A DNA stretch of 64,000 bases from Mobula birostris (GCF_030028105.1 NC_092370.1:119934221-119998220); one strand, 5' to 3'; positions 1 through 14,600 are shown, counted from the stretch's first letter. Numbers and translations: made by a program. The notes: a model not told the origin generated them from the letters alone.

Positions 1-470
1 AAGTCCACAATCAGCTCTTTCGTCTTACTGACGTTGAGTGCTAGGTTGTTGCTGCGGCACCACTCCGCTAGTTGGCATATCTCACTCCTGTACGCCCTCT
101 CGTCTCTATCTGAGATTCTACCAACAATGGTTGTATCATCAGCAAATTTATAGTTCGTATTTGTGCTATGCCTAGCCACACAGTCATGTGTATATAGAGA
201 ATAGAGCAGTGGGCTAAGCTCACATCCTTGTGGTGTACCAGTGTTGATTGTCAGTGAGGAGGATATGTTATCACCAATCCGCACAGACTGTGATCTTCCC
301 ATTAGGAAGTCGAGGATCCAATTGAAGACGGAGGTACAGAGGCTCAGGTTCTGCATCTTCTCAGTCAGAATTGTGGGAGTGATGGTATTAAATGCTGAGC
401 TATAGTCGATGAACAGCATCCTGATGTCGGTGTTTGAAGTTGTCCAGGCGGTCTAAAGCCGTGTGGAGTT
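1..470 (-). mobile_element. Rex1/Babar-like LINE reverse transcriptase fragment
   Basis: Minus strand reads RT-like ...[21 protein letters not shown]. Confidence 0.75.
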
Positions 471-594
471 CACATTTCTTGGCTGCCTTTTCCTGTGCCA
501 TTCAGATTTGCTGGCACCATCGCATTCCTCAAAATAACACCATACCCCTCCATCCTATAACTTGTCCTGTTCTAGCCACATGGTTGCTATGGGC

Positions 595-1765
595 AAGTAG
601 GTGCACCAGTGCTTCTATTTCCTCAGGAAGGTAAGGAAAGTCATTATGTCCCCAATTAACCTCAGCAACTTTTACAGATTTGCTAGAGTAAGCATCCTAT
701 CTGGATACATCACAGCTTGGTACGGTAACTCCTCTGCCCAAGACCGCAAAAAATTGCAGAGGGTGGTGAATGCAGCCCAGTCCATCTCGTTAACTTGCCT
801 TCTCTCCAGTGACTGTCCACACTTCTTGCTGCTCAGGAAAGTAGTTCAACATATCTCTCCCACCCTGGGCATTCTTCTTCCCACTTCCGCTGGGCAGAAG
901 ATACAAAAGTTTGAAAACACCTACCAGAGCCTCAAGGACATCTATCCCACTGTAACAAGACTCTTCAAAGGACCTCTTATATGATAAAGCTGAACTCTCT
1001 ATCTCTCATTTTACTCACTTCATACCTATAATGTGTGGTTAAGTGCTGCTCCAATGTCATGTGTAAATTTACTGATGACTCCACTGTTGATTAACAACTC
1101 AAAGGTGATGACAAATTGGCGATAGGAGGGAGATTGGAAATCTGCTTGAGTGATGCCAAAACAACAACCTCTCGCTCAACATCATTAAAACCAAAGAGCT
1201 AATAATCCACTCCGAGAGGAAGAAACCAGAGGTCCATGAGCCAGTCCTCGTTAGAAGATCACAGGTGGAGAGGGTCAGTAGCTTTAAGTTCCTTGGCATA
1301 AACATATTAGTAGATCTGTCTTGGGACCAGCACATGAATGTCATCACAAGGCATGAAAGCGCCTTTACTTTCTTGGATGTTTGTGTAGATTTGATGCATC
1401 ACTAATACTTTGATTGATTTCTATAGATGCAGAGTAGAGAGTTTCCAAACTGGCTGCATCATGGTCTGGTATGAAAATACCAATGCCCAGGGACAGAAAA
1501 AGCTATAGAAAATGGTGGATGTCACTCTTGGTCTGTTTAAGGATAGTTTTTCATAACATTCTATTGTATTTCTTCTTTTCTGTCAATGCCTTTAAGAAAA
1601 CGAATCTTGAGCTATCGTACCATACATGTGCTTTGATAATAAATTTGAACTTGCCTTGTCTTGTCCCTTGCATTTATTTGTTTGCCTGTTCTGCAGGTTC
1701 TCTGTTAACTGTAACAGTATTTTCTGAATTCTGTTATTGTTTTCCTTTAATACTTCCTCAATGTG
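595..1765 (+). mobile_element. Decayed Rex1/Babar-like LINE 3' fragments
   Basis: LSNFYRF..SILSGYITAWYGNSSAQDRKKLQRVVNAA (ORF 601-984), a second RT piece near 1060-1500, and 3' tail sequence. Confidence 0.7.
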
Positions 1766-1769
1766 CTTA

Positions 1770-2308
1770 CATTCAGCTCCAATTTATTAGATACACCTGT
1801 ACAGCTGCTCATTAATGTAATGATCTAATCAGCCAACTGTGTGGCAGCAACTCAATGCATAAAGCATGGAGGCATGGTCAAGAGCTTCAGTAATTGTTTG
1901 ATCGAATATCAGAGAGGGGAACGTAATGTGGCCTAAGTGACTTTGACCATGGAAAGATTTTTGGTGCCAGATGGAGTGGCTGTCTTAGAAACTGATCATA
2001 TCCTGGGACTTTCGTGCACAACAGTCTCTAGAGTTGATAGAGAACGGTGACAAGCATCTAGTGAGTGACTATTCTATGGGCAAAAATGCTTCATTATGCC
2101 AGAGGTCAGAGGAGAATGGCCAGACTGGTTAAAAATGACAGGCTGGCAGTTGTAACTCAAATACTACACACTACAACAGTGGTGTGCAGAAGAGCATAAC
2201 TGAATGCACAACACATCAATGGGCTGCAGCAGCAGATCACCCTGAGTTCCACTCCTGTGGCCACTTTATTAGGTACACTCCTGTAACTAATAAAATGGCC
2301 ACTGAGTG
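1770..2308. mobile_element. Non-autonomous Tc1-like DNA transposon inserted in a LINE tail
   Basis: Degenerate TIRs (TA|CATTCAG...TTTATTAGATACAC and CTAATAAAATGGCCACTGAGTG); the LINE tail resumes at ~2311. Confidence 0.65.
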
Positions 2309-2501
2309 CACAGATGGAATGATCTGTCTAGATGGCATACAAACAAAAGCTTTTTTACATTTTATTGTTCATGTGACAATAATAAATCGATAACCAGTTG
2401 TCATCCCATCATCAGCCTCTCTTTTCTAATGACCTATTTCAATTTCAGACCTGTAAGGAAAAGCAATCAAGCATTTTAACCTATTGTTTGTGTCTTTACA
2501 G

Positions 2502-2601
2502 TGAAGAAAATGTATGGAAGCTGTGTGAAAATATAAAGAACAAAAGGCAGCATTCTTTGGAAGAATGGTATGCTATCTTCATTTCAAATGATCAAAAGAT
2601 G
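2502..2601 (+). CDS. NTAQ1: NTAQ1 coding exon 2 (100 nt)
   Basis: ttacag|T GAA GAA AAT...AAG ATG|gtaagt; the first base would complete the catalytic Cys codon of CYCEEN begun in exon 1 (outside the window). Confidence 0.96.
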
Positions 2602-5600
2602 GTAAGTGTCCATGGTCTGGAGATGACTAGGGCTGTTGGAAACAGAGTTTTGATGGTAAATTTCTCATATGATAATTACAGCATGCATTTTAAAACACCT
2701 AAAATAGGCCATCAACATCAGCTCCACAAAATCCTCCAAATTTACTAGAAGGATAAGTGAATCAATGTCAATGTTCTCACTTGAGGGTCTAATTATACTT
2801 GATCAGCTCTAATGCAAAGGCCACACCACTCACTGGTCTGGGAATGTGGGGACACTATGATGGGATTAATGTAGTGTTATTGTACATGTGTGGTTAATCG
2901 GGACTGTCTTGATGAACCAAAGGTCCATGCTGTACACAGGACTCCTGAAATTAATACCCTACCCAAGCTCTGTCATAAGAACAGATTTCCAAGAGAGAGA
3001 TACAAAATGCCATTCCCTGCAGATTAGCAATCTGATGGAAGAACATTTTCATCTGGACCAAAGGAAATTCAAGGGTGTTCTCAAAGCTTTTCCAGGAAAA
3101 ATGTAACATTCTCACCAACACATGAGAATGACCACTTAGAGTGGAAAAGGAACATCTGGGAATGAACTTCAAACCTTGCTTGTGTGACTGGGGCTTACAG
3201 GAAGAGTGATTGCTTGTCAAATGATCAGTCAGGTAATTCCTGCTGCACTGTGGAAGTCCATAGACATGGTGGCACAGATCCGTATTCGATCCTGACCTCC
3301 TTGGGTGCTGAATGTCCAAGGTTTGCACTTGCTCCCCATAACTACATGGATCCTTCCCAGGTAATTCCTACATCCCAGATGTTAAGGCATATAGCAAATA
3401 TTAATTTAACCACAACCAGTCTTCAGACAGGAACATGGATTGTAGATTGAATTTAAAATGCAGCCCTGACCAATAGGTTTCCTGGAGCTGTAGACTGGAG
3501 TTGATTGGAAACCAGACAATGCTGATTAATATTCATTTTGGATGTCTACATTGTGGCTGTAAAGAAGGAGGTGTGTGAAAACTATACGTAATTCAAATGA
3601 AGCATTGTAGATACACTTTAGCTCTAGAATTGTCCTGCCTTTGATCTTTAGCATATAAAAATGTCATATAATATTAGGTTGGGATGCCTCTTCCTCCAAG
3701 AATGTTTCAATCTGATGCTTGCTGTTCATTTTTGTCGAAGAAGACACTTCTGTATCTACAAGCTTCAGTGTCTCTGTGTTGACTTTGTTCATGATACACC
3801 AGAGATATACTGGTAGGTGAATTGGCTACAGTAATTTGTCCTTAACCTAGCTTAGTGACGAAAGAATCAAAGAGAATTGATGTGCATGTGAGAGAGAGAA
3901 CATGTTGCATGGTTTCACGAAATAAGGATACAGAGAATGGCACGGATAAGATTGTTCTTTTTGCATCTTGCTTCTACCTGATGGGCCTCATAGGCTTCCT
4001 TCTGTGCTGTGAGATATATTTAAGTTCCACATTGGCCTGATTAGTCGGCACAGAATCTATGAATCTGGAGTGAAAATAAATCATCTTTACTTTTGAGGGA
4101 CTGACAAGGAAGACAAATTTTTCCATTTAGCCAATCTTTGTTAATTTTATTAAAAATAACCAACAGGTAAATATGAACATAAAGACCCATATTTCACTGG
4201 GTAACATGCAGATCCACTGGCCCTCTTTAAACTCGGCCAGTTCCAACGACAGCTTCTTCCCCACTGCCATCAGGTTGTTGAACTGATCTGAAAATCCTTA
4301 ATGCTGCATCGAACTATTTTCCTTCTCTGTCGATCTCAATCTTGTCCAAGTGTCACTGTGTTCTATCTTGTTTGTTTTTCACACATGTTATGTATAATTT
4401 ATGTTAGTTTAAATTTATTTTGACTTATGTTTATCCTTGTAATGTACCATGGTGTTGCAACATGCTAATTTTCATGACATTTATATCCTGCGCATGAATG
4501 CCTTTAACTGTAATGAACTTAAAAGTGTTAGCACACTTCAAGGTTCCTGTGCTGAAACAGAGGTCTTGATCTTGCTAGGTGTGCTCCCCCAGTGATATCC
4601 GGACTATGCTCTGCCACAGAATTTTACGTGGAGCAGGTATTTGCTTCATTGGTGGAATCTGCTCTCAGGCTTGACCTAGAGTCTGATGCATGAGCCCGTC
4701 ACTTAATATTTCCTCAGAGAAGCCAGGGTGAAGGATTCTTTTTTTCTGCTTCATATTGTGACATCATTCCTGCCAGCCAGATAGATGGTGTTTGGGCATT
4801 TCCCACTGATGAAGCTGAGTGCTGCACTATTGTGTCTGAACTCAGAGAATTAACTTGCGTGTACGCATCCTCCAGTCACCATATTTTTTGGATAAATTAC
4901 TCTTAGGAGATGGTGCTGTGGCTTCTGTTCTCTTCCCATTTAACCAGGCTATGTGTTCTAACTAAGTAGATCTGTGGTACAGAAAGTAGTGTGCTGTAAG
5001 TCGTACATCTTGCCAAACCTCCAACTCATTGGCAGGCTCAGTGTTGTTAATATATAGTCATTTTTAAAGCAACGAGTTGCTATGATCTGACAATGGTTTG
5101 TAAAGAGTGTGCTCTAGGAACTTTCTAAGGGATACCGAATAGGAAGAACTATTGGCAGGGCTGTTGGGGAAGAATAACTTGTTAAAGAGTTCTTTGCAAT
5201 GCCTTATAGTCATGACATTCCAAATAGCCCCTATAATAAATTTTATTAGCTTGTATGCTGAGCGGTGAACAGGACAACAAAAATATTATTTGCCCACTAT
5301 AAATAGTATGTTAGCAATATTAATAACAGATAATAGCCTAAGGATAGATGAAGAAACATGTCAGTATTAACATTCAGAATCTGAGCTCATAGGTGTTCAA
5401 TTTGAGAGTGGCTGATTTAAAGTTGACAAGGGGCATTAATGTTCTGAATGGCTCACCCTCTCCTGGTAGGGTTTGGCACTGAGTTAGCAGAGGGGCTCCT
5501 GTGTTAACCAGTACTCTATTGGTTGCATTAAATGAATGGATCTCATCATATCACTTAATATCATTCAGTAATTAGAGTAAGTAAACAGGTCTATTAACTA

Positions 5601-8600
5601 TTTAAGCACATTACAAAATAGTTTATAAATCTGATTTTTTTTTTCATTCCTGAACTGTAAAGGTGCCTATATGGAGGCAGAGATCTTGCCATGAAGATCA
5701 GCCTGTAATCTGGGTAAGTATTACTTTTATTTTTACAAAATTTATATTTGTATTGCCAATATCTTTTAAATCTCTCTTGCTTATTCAAGTGTCGGAATTG
5801 AGCAGGAAGCAGAAAGCTAAAATAAGTCCAAACAGAGAACTTCCTCTGTGTTATGCCGTAAATTGGTCCTCGCAAGTACATCTCCAATTGCCTTTCCGTA
5901 TGACACATTCTGGATCCTAATAGCTTTCCATGTGAAAATATTGCCAACAGTGACAGCCTTAACCCAGCAACCAACCCAGAACTCTATGGGTCAGGCAGCA
6001 TCTGTGGAGGGAAATGGATGGTCAAGGTTTCAGAACGAGACCCTTCAAGATCATCCCTATTATGTTCCTGCTCTGACGAGGGCAAATCCAACTTCCCCAG
6101 GCTCTCCACATTACTGAATTTTGTTATTCTTTATAGTTGAAGCTTTTTAAGACAGTTTCCTAGGTCTTGACCTCCCTCCTGAAATGTGTGTACTTGTATA
6201 TCATTTACCAACTGAGGTTTCTTAAATATGTTTCTTGTGACTTCTCTCTAAACAATGTCCCATTGTTACATAGAAAGCCACATCCCACATATTTCCTTAA
6301 CCATCTTATCATCTTGCCCTGGTTTATGCTACAGTTATTAGAAGTTTTGTAATAACTTCTAATACAATGCAAGTTTTTGCTGTACAGTATTGAACTACCT
6401 TGCTTGCTTTCTGTCTGAGGTAAGTCATAAGCTTCTGTCCTCAAGTTTCTAACCTTCTCAGTGAAGGCTTACAAACTGCTGCAGGGTCTGTTAAATATAT
6501 TCATAAGGCACCAAGGAAGTTAAGACTATAACATTAGTTATTGGATAACTTTATCAACTATCACTCTGTGGTGAATAGTTGTTCCTTGACAAGAGTAATT
6601 GGGCAATTCATTTCTTGGAATTTCACTTCAGTATGGTCTGGAATCAGGAGAAAATAGGTACAGTTTTCAAAAGCTCATCAAATAATCCTCACTGCATCTT
6701 ATCTGGGATACATTTGATTAAACAAATGTTTATTTTTTGCAACAGATTGTATTCTTGTTGAAGGTCCAAGTGAACTGAAAATGTGTCAGTTATTCAACCA
6801 GAGACATTTAATTCCTTAGTTCACACAATGAAAAAGACGATTACATTCCCTGGCATCCTTGCAGTCTAATTAGCTGCACAATTTTAAGTGGGAAGGCAAA
6901 GCTGTCTAACGATGTCTTTTATAAACCTATTGACTTTCACAGCCATCTTGACTACACTTCTCACCTTGTCACCTGTAAGAATGCCATTTCATTTTCTCAG
7001 TTCCTTCGTCTCTGCCACATCTGTTCCCAGGATGAAGCTTTCCTTTCCAGAACATGAGATGTTCTTCAAATAACGGGGTTTCCCTTCCTCCACCCATTGA
7101 TGCTGCCCTCACCTGCATCTCCTCTATCTCACAGACATCTGTACTCACCCCATCTTCCTACTACCCTAACAGGGATAGTGTTCTTTGCCTACCTCCCCAT
7201 GAGCCTCCACATCCAGCACGTCATTCTCTACAACTTGCGGCATCTTCAATGGAATCCTACCACCAACACAGTTTTATCACTCCTTCTCCCCCCCCCCACC
7301 CTCTCTGCTTTCTGCAGGTATTGCTCTCTCCATAACTCTATATTTGTTCTTCCACGCTAATCTCCCTCGTGACACTTTCCCTGCAAGCAGAAGAAATGCT
7401 AAACCTGTCAATTCACCCCCTCCCTTGCCTCTATTCGTGGCCCCAAAGAGTCTTTCCAAGTGAGGCAACACTTCAATTGCAAATCTGTTGAGGTCGTCAA
7501 CTGTATCCGGTGGTCCCAATGCACGTTTTTCTTCTACGTTTGTGAAACCGCTTTGTCAAGCACCTGTGCTCCATCTGCAACAAGTAGAATTTCCTGGTGA
7601 CCAATGATTTTAATTCCAATCTCACTCCCATAAGACTATAAGACCATAAGGCATAGGAGCTGAATTAGGCCATTTGGCCCATTGAGTCTGTTCTGCCACT
7701 TCATCATGGCTGATCCAATTTTCCTCTCAGCCCCAATCTCCTGCCCTCTCCCTGTATCACTTCATGCCCTAACCAATCAAGAACCTATCAACCTCTACCT
7801 TAAATATACATAAAATCTTGGCCTTCACAGCTATCTATGGCAACAAATTCCACAGATTCACCACTCTCTGGCTAAAGAAATTTGTCCTCATCCCTGTTCG
7901 CCCCTCTATTCTGAGGCTGTGTCCTATGGTCTTAGACACACCCATCGTAGGAAACCTCCTCTCCACGTCCACTCTATTGAGGCCTTTCACCATTCAATAG
8001 GTTTCAATGAGGTCACCCCTCATTCTTCTGAGTTCCGGTGAATACAGTCCCAGAGCCGTCAAATGCTCTTCATGTGACTAACCGTTCAAACCTGGAATTG
8101 TTTTCATGAACCTCCTTTGAACCCTCTCCAGTTTCAGCACATTCTAAAGTAAGGGGCTCAAAACTGCTCACAATATTCCAAGTGAGATCTCACCAGTGCT
8201 TTATAAAATCTCAACATTACATCCTTGCTTTTATATTCTAATCCTCTTTTTTTGAAATGTATGCTAACATTGCACTTGCCTTCCTCACCACAGATCAACC
8301 TGCAAATTAACCTTTAGGGAATCCTGCACAAGGACTCCTAAGTCCCTTTGGACCTCAGTATTTGGACCTCAGTTATTTGTATTTTCTCTCTATTTAGAAA
8401 ATAGTCATCCCTTTCATTTCATCTGCCAAAGTGCATGATCATACACTTACTGACACTATTCTATCTGCCATTTCTTTGCCCATTACCCTAATCTGTCTAA
8501 GCTGTTCTGCAGCCTCTCTCCTTCCTCAAGACTTACCTGCTCCTCCACCTATCTTTGTGTCATCCACAAATTTTGCAACAAAGCCATCAATTCCATCATC

Positions 8601-11600
8601 CAAATAATTAACATATAATGTAAAAAGAATCACTAGTTACTGGCAGCCAACCAGAAAAGGCTCCCTTTATTCTCACTTTTTGCCTCCTGCTTGTCAGCCA
8701 CTGCTCTTTTCATGCTAGGATCTTTCCTGTAATACTAAGAGCTCATCGCTTGTTAAGCAGCCTTGTGTGGCACCTCGTCAAAGGCCTTCTGAAGGCCTCC
8801 GATCGGACATGTTGGTTTGTGGCCTACTCTACAGCCCTTATTGAGGCCACTCTCAGGTTGAAGGAGCAACACCTGATATTCCATCTGGGTAGTCTCCAAA
8901 CTGATAGCATAAACATCGATTTCTCCTTCTGGTAATTTTTTCTTCTTCCCTTTTCCCTCTTCTTCTGTTCCCCACTCTGGCTCCCCTCTTAACCTCTTCT
9001 TTTCTCCTTAATTGTCTATTACCTCCACATGATGCCCCTCCTTCCCTTTCTTTCATGGTCCACTCTCCTGTCCCATCAGATTTCTCCTTCTTGAGCCCTT
9101 GACCTTTTCCACCTAATATCTCCCAGTTTCTCACTTCATTCCCCTTCCACCACCCACATGGCTTGTGTTCTTTCCCCTCCCCCCACCTTCTCTTTCTGGA
9201 TCCCTTGTCCTTCTCTTCCAATCCTGATGAAGGGTCTCAGCCCAAAACATCTTCTGTTTATTCCTTTATATAGATGCTGCCTAACCTGCTGAGTTCCTCC
9301 AGCATTTTGTATGTGCTGCTCCAGATACACTTTTTCAAGGCACAAATTAGTATAGAAACATCTACAATAATATGTATTTAGAGAGTCTATCAAATTACTT
9401 CTCAGAAGAGGAATGAGATATTAATTATTGTCAAGTTGAAGAAATAAACAATGGTCTGTGTGATCCTTTTTTATTCATTCATGCCATATGGTATTATTGG
9501 CTGATCAAGCACTTATTGGCCTCCCTGAACTGCCCCGAACTTCAGCAGCTTATTGGGCCAATTCAGAAGGCAGTTGGACTGAGTTATTCATGGATCAGAC
9601 TGGGTAAGGACACCACATGCTTTTTGCTGAAGAATATCAGTCAACATAATGTACAGTACATTGTCCTCCAGGCTGTTTATTTACCATTCCAGATCTATTT
9701 ATTTATTTGAATTAAAATACCCCAGCTGTCCCCAGCAGGAAGTTGAACTGGTGTCTGTAGGTGAATGGTCCAGGTCTTCGCTTCTTAGTCCTGCAGTGTG
9801 CCAACTTTGAATGTGTTCTGGGAGTCAGGAATGATGAGCAGTCTTAATTCTAAGATTTCAGGTTATTTTAGAGTACAAACAAATATACAAATATGAAGCA
9901 AACTAAATAAGGAGCTGAGAAACGATGCTAAGAGGTCTATGGATGTGAAGACAAAGGAACAGAGATGGCACCTCTGAAAAATCCACCACCTAGACAGAGT
10001 AGATGTAGAAAGGATGTTTCCCATGGTGGGGGAGTCTAGGACAAGAGGGTGCAGCCTCGGAATAGAGGGGCATCCATCTAAAACAGAGATGTGGAGAAAC
10101 TTCTTTAACTAGAGAGTGGTGAGTTTGTGGAATTTGTTACCACAGGCAGCTGTGGAGGCCAGATCACTGGGTGCATTTAAGACAGAGCTTGATAGGTTCT
10201 TGGTTGGACACGGCATCAAAGGTTATGGGGAGAAGGCCAGGGAGTGGGGCCGAGGAGGGGAAAACAGGATCATCCATGATTGAATGGTGGAGCAGACTCG
10301 ATGGGCCAAATGGGCTAATTCTGCTCATATGTCTTATAGTCTTTATAGGTGAGATAAGGGAAACTCTTGAAGGATAGACTAATTAATAGGCTACATAATT
10401 AAAACAGTTACATCATGTGAGTAATGTGCTAATACTTAGCCAATGAAAAATGAGAAGGGTGATAAGCCGTTAGTTTAACTGCTATACTGCTTTCTGCCAG
10501 TGAGTGGGGATGAACCACTACATACTGTGAAAAACACATGAGTGTTAAAAAGTACACATCTTATAAAGAGTATTAATAAAACAAAACTGTGGTTTCCAAG
10601 AAATGGGTCTGCAATAACTGGAGCAAAGAGGTAGGACTTGAGCAGAATCTTATTGTAGGAAAGGGAGGAGATAATAGAGGCTGGAGACTTTTAGCACTGG
10701 ATGAAGTAGGAATAAGGGTTTGGAGGAATTAGAGTGCTGGACTAGGTGCCAAAATAGTTCAACAATCAATGGAGTGACAGGTGAAATGAATTTGGTTCTA
10801 CTTAGGCACCAGATACCATCTAAAGGTGGTTTTTCTCTTTAATCATTTAGTAGCTCTTTGTACTCTTTGGCAGAATAGAGGCTGTACTTTCCAATAATAA
10901 TTTACACAATAACTGTACAAAAACTCAAGGTATTTTGGGGAATTCACTGGCTAAGAACAAGTAAGCAAAAATTCTAACTGTATTAATGATGGCAATTACT
11001 TGGTACATTTCATTCAATCTTTACAATGGTGTATTTTAAATCAGGATTACCATGTCATCCTGCTCCACGATTGTGGAGGACAACACTGTGAGGTCTATGA
11101 TTTGGATTCAACACTACCGTTTCCTTGTTCTTTTGATATTTATGTGAAAGAAGCCTTTCGATCTGAAGAGCTCATCAGACCAGTTTTTAGACGGTGAGCA
11201 ATTTTTAAAAATTTATTGATTCTCAGGATTTGGGTATCACTGACCACCCCTACCCATCTAGTGGCCTCTCGTCTCCCTCTCAAGTCTCCCAGTATACTGA
11301 GTGGCTTCCTGAACTAACTCAGAGACCAAAGTAGAGATTCATGGAGGCCAGGCTGGAGATGGACAGTAATTTTCATACCATAGTCCAGGGGTCCCCAGCC
11401 TTTTTACACTGCAGACTGGTTTAATATTGACAATATTCTTGCGGACCGGCTGACCAGAGGTGGGGGGTGGGGGTAGATTCAAGTAGGATTAAACTCGCCT
11501 CAACATGTCTTTTACAGTTAGAGTTGCCAACTTTCTCACTCCCAAATAAGGGACAAAAGTAGCAGTCAAATCCCGGGACACTTTACCCCAGGAAAGACTA

Positions 11601-14600
11601 CCGTGATCATGAAGCCTTGCACGGGCACCTGTGTGCACATGCGCGCACGTGCTGATTTTTTTTCCCCACAAATTGGTTTTGCCTTCATCTTCCCGACTAT
11701 ACTGTACATATAATATTTCTACTTTACATAGGCTGTGTATTTATCATATCATTCCTGCTTTTACTATATGTTGTTATTTATTTTTGGTCTTTTGTGTTAT
11801 TTGGTATGATTTGGTAGGTTTTTTTGGGTCTGGGAATGCTCAAAAATTTTTCCCATATAAATTAATAGTAATTGCTTCTTCGCTTCACACCATTTTGGCA
11901 CGAAAGGTTTCATGGGAACGCTCTACCTTAGCGGGGGAAATATGGGACAAACCAATTTAGCCCAGTATACGGGATGCCCCAGCAAATACGGGACAGTTGG
12001 CAACCCTATGTTCAAGTTCAACAGTGCGTGACAGGGAATGAGGAAAGGTGCAGCTGACTGATATCGTTTCCTCGCGGCCCGGCAGCACATGCTTTGCGGC
12101 CCGGTAGTTGGGGACCACTGCCATAGTCAACACTCTTGATAATGTGGCAACCCAGTGGTCTCATTGGCACCATTTTTGACACCAGCTCTTTATTTTCAAT
12201 TTCTTTAATTAACAGGATTTTAATTTCCTAGGTGCCATGGCTGGATTTGAATGTGTTTCCAGATTCATGAACCAGGCCACTGGTTGCTACCATTGTGGAT
12301 CATGTGCCCAAAAACCTCCAATAAAAGGAAACAGGCTGCTATCATTCGGTTGAATCTCAGCAGGCACCTTCCTGAGCTTTGAAAATTTGTCAGAAATTTT
12401 CCACTTTCTTGCTCCATCTCTACTAAAATGCTTTCTTTTTGTTCTTTCCAAGAAAGTGATTGTAGCTGAAATGCAGAAGTGCTATAGACCATTTTCTTAC
12501 TATATTGTAGGCCATTTGGCCCATGAGATCCATGCCACTTCTCAGAGAAATCTTATTAATCCTTTCCCCCAGATTTTCATTGTAAAGCAGGTGCCCATTA
12601 ACTGCTTCTGGCTCTTCTGCCATTCACCAGCACTGAGGGGTAAATTACAACAGACAACTGATTACATCAAATCGAAACCTGATCCTGAGAATGTACAGCA
12701 TATAAGGATGCTGTATGTTTTGTGGCAGCAGTGCTACCTGCTGCATAACTGTACTTTCTCTCCACAACCAGATCCAAGGATCCCTGTACAGATCCTCTCC
12801 AGCCTATAAATACAGGCTTGGATACAGCCTGTACATACGAGCGAGCATTTGGGTGGATTTGATGCCTACTACAAGGCTGCAGGCAAGTTTTCTTGACACT
12901 AGCTGGAATTTTGCCGCATCAAACCCACGGAAAATACACAAGAAATTCTTCTAGTTAACATGTTGATGTCCATTTTGTGAATCCTATCCAGAGAAATGCA
13001 CTCTGGACTAGCAGCAATGTCCTTTTTAAAGCTGTCAATAGTGTTTACAACCTCCTGTTTCAAAAAATATCATTATTAGCCTGAGGAAAGCTCTGACTAG
13101 CCTCAAATAGCCTCTGATAACCAAGTCCAGCTCCTGACTTTCAAGTGTAGCTTAGCTACTAATCCCAGTACAACTGTTTCTACTGACAGGAGAAGGGGCA
13201 AAGGCAGGTTTCTCGTGCCTTAAAACCAATCGCTTTGGTCAGATGAGGCTCATCAGCCGTGGTTGGCAGCTCATCTCAGAGAAGGAAAACTCTGATCTCA
13301 AACTTCCACTGCCTTGCGGCTATACCCATTCATGGGGAGGCTTCAGGAGTAAACCTTGGGGTAAAATTCAGAGCTGGAGTCCCTAAGGCAGTCCTACGTT
13401 GAGTTCTATGCTGATTGGCAACTCCTGTGACGTTGCTGGTACCAAAGAGTATCAGTCTTTGCCGTTCCTTTGGGTTCATCAGATACATGGAGAGGCTTGC
13501 TCTCCATATCGCAGTGCCCAGGTTTGCATATCTAGACAGCTAGGACGTAACATCCGTGGTTAACCCTGATTGGATACCTCATTCGCTCACTAAGCTCAGA
13601 CTAACTTTGTTAACATCAGCTTTATTATTAACAACGGCAAAATAAGATTTAAGCAAGATTTAAAATGCTCCCCATGTGATACAACCCACCATAATAGCCT
13701 GCCATGTGGGAATTTGGTTCATGATTGGAGACCTAACGTGATTGTTTGATAGGAATTCTAACATGATACTGGCTCTCAACCACTCCAATAGGTCTGCAGT
13801 GAATCAATGCAAAAATAGCAGCTTGTTTCTTTTTATGCCGAGTTCCTTGGGGCTGTAATGTGGAAAGGAATGATAGGGCGATATGAAACAGAAACCACAT
13901 TTTTGTAACATCGCATATAAAACATAGTATAGTACAGTACAGGAACAGGCAAATTCAGCCCACCATGTGGTGCTGAACTAATTGGGCAAATGACACCTAA
14001 TCCTTTCTGCGTGCACCGGGTCCATATCCCTCCATTCTCTGTATTCATGTATGTATCTAAGAGCCTCTTAAGCACCTCTGTTGTATTTGCTTCCACCCCC
14101 ACCTCTGTCAATGCATTCTTGGCACCCACCACTCCCTGCCCAACATACAGTGTCTCTTTTTAATTCTCTCCTTCTCACCTTAAATGCATGCCCTCTTGTA
14201 GTAAACATTTTCACCCTGGGAAAGAGATTATGGCTCTCTACATCATCTCTGCCTTTTATCATTTTATAAACCTCGATCAGGTCTGCGTTCAGTTTCCGCC
14301 ACTCCAGAGAAAACAGCCCAAGTTTGACCAACCTTCCGTTATAACACGTACCTTCTAATCCAGACAGCATCCTGGTAAAATTCTGCACTTTTTCGACTCC
14401 TCCACCTCCTTCCTCTGATGGGCCGACCAGAAATGAATCCTCCAGATGTAGACTAACCAGAGTTTTATAAAGCTGCAACACAACTTCCTGACTTTTGAAC
14501 TCAGAGCCTAGACAAATAAAGGCAGGCATGTATTATGCCTTCCTTACAACCCTATTGACTTGTATGGCCTTTCAGGGAGCTCTGCATATCAAGACTGATG

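Noticed and set aside
1-2500. NTAQ1 exon 1 or promoter
   Set aside because: The region is almost entirely LINE and Tc1 remnants, with no Y.SCYC-type coding segment plus donor.
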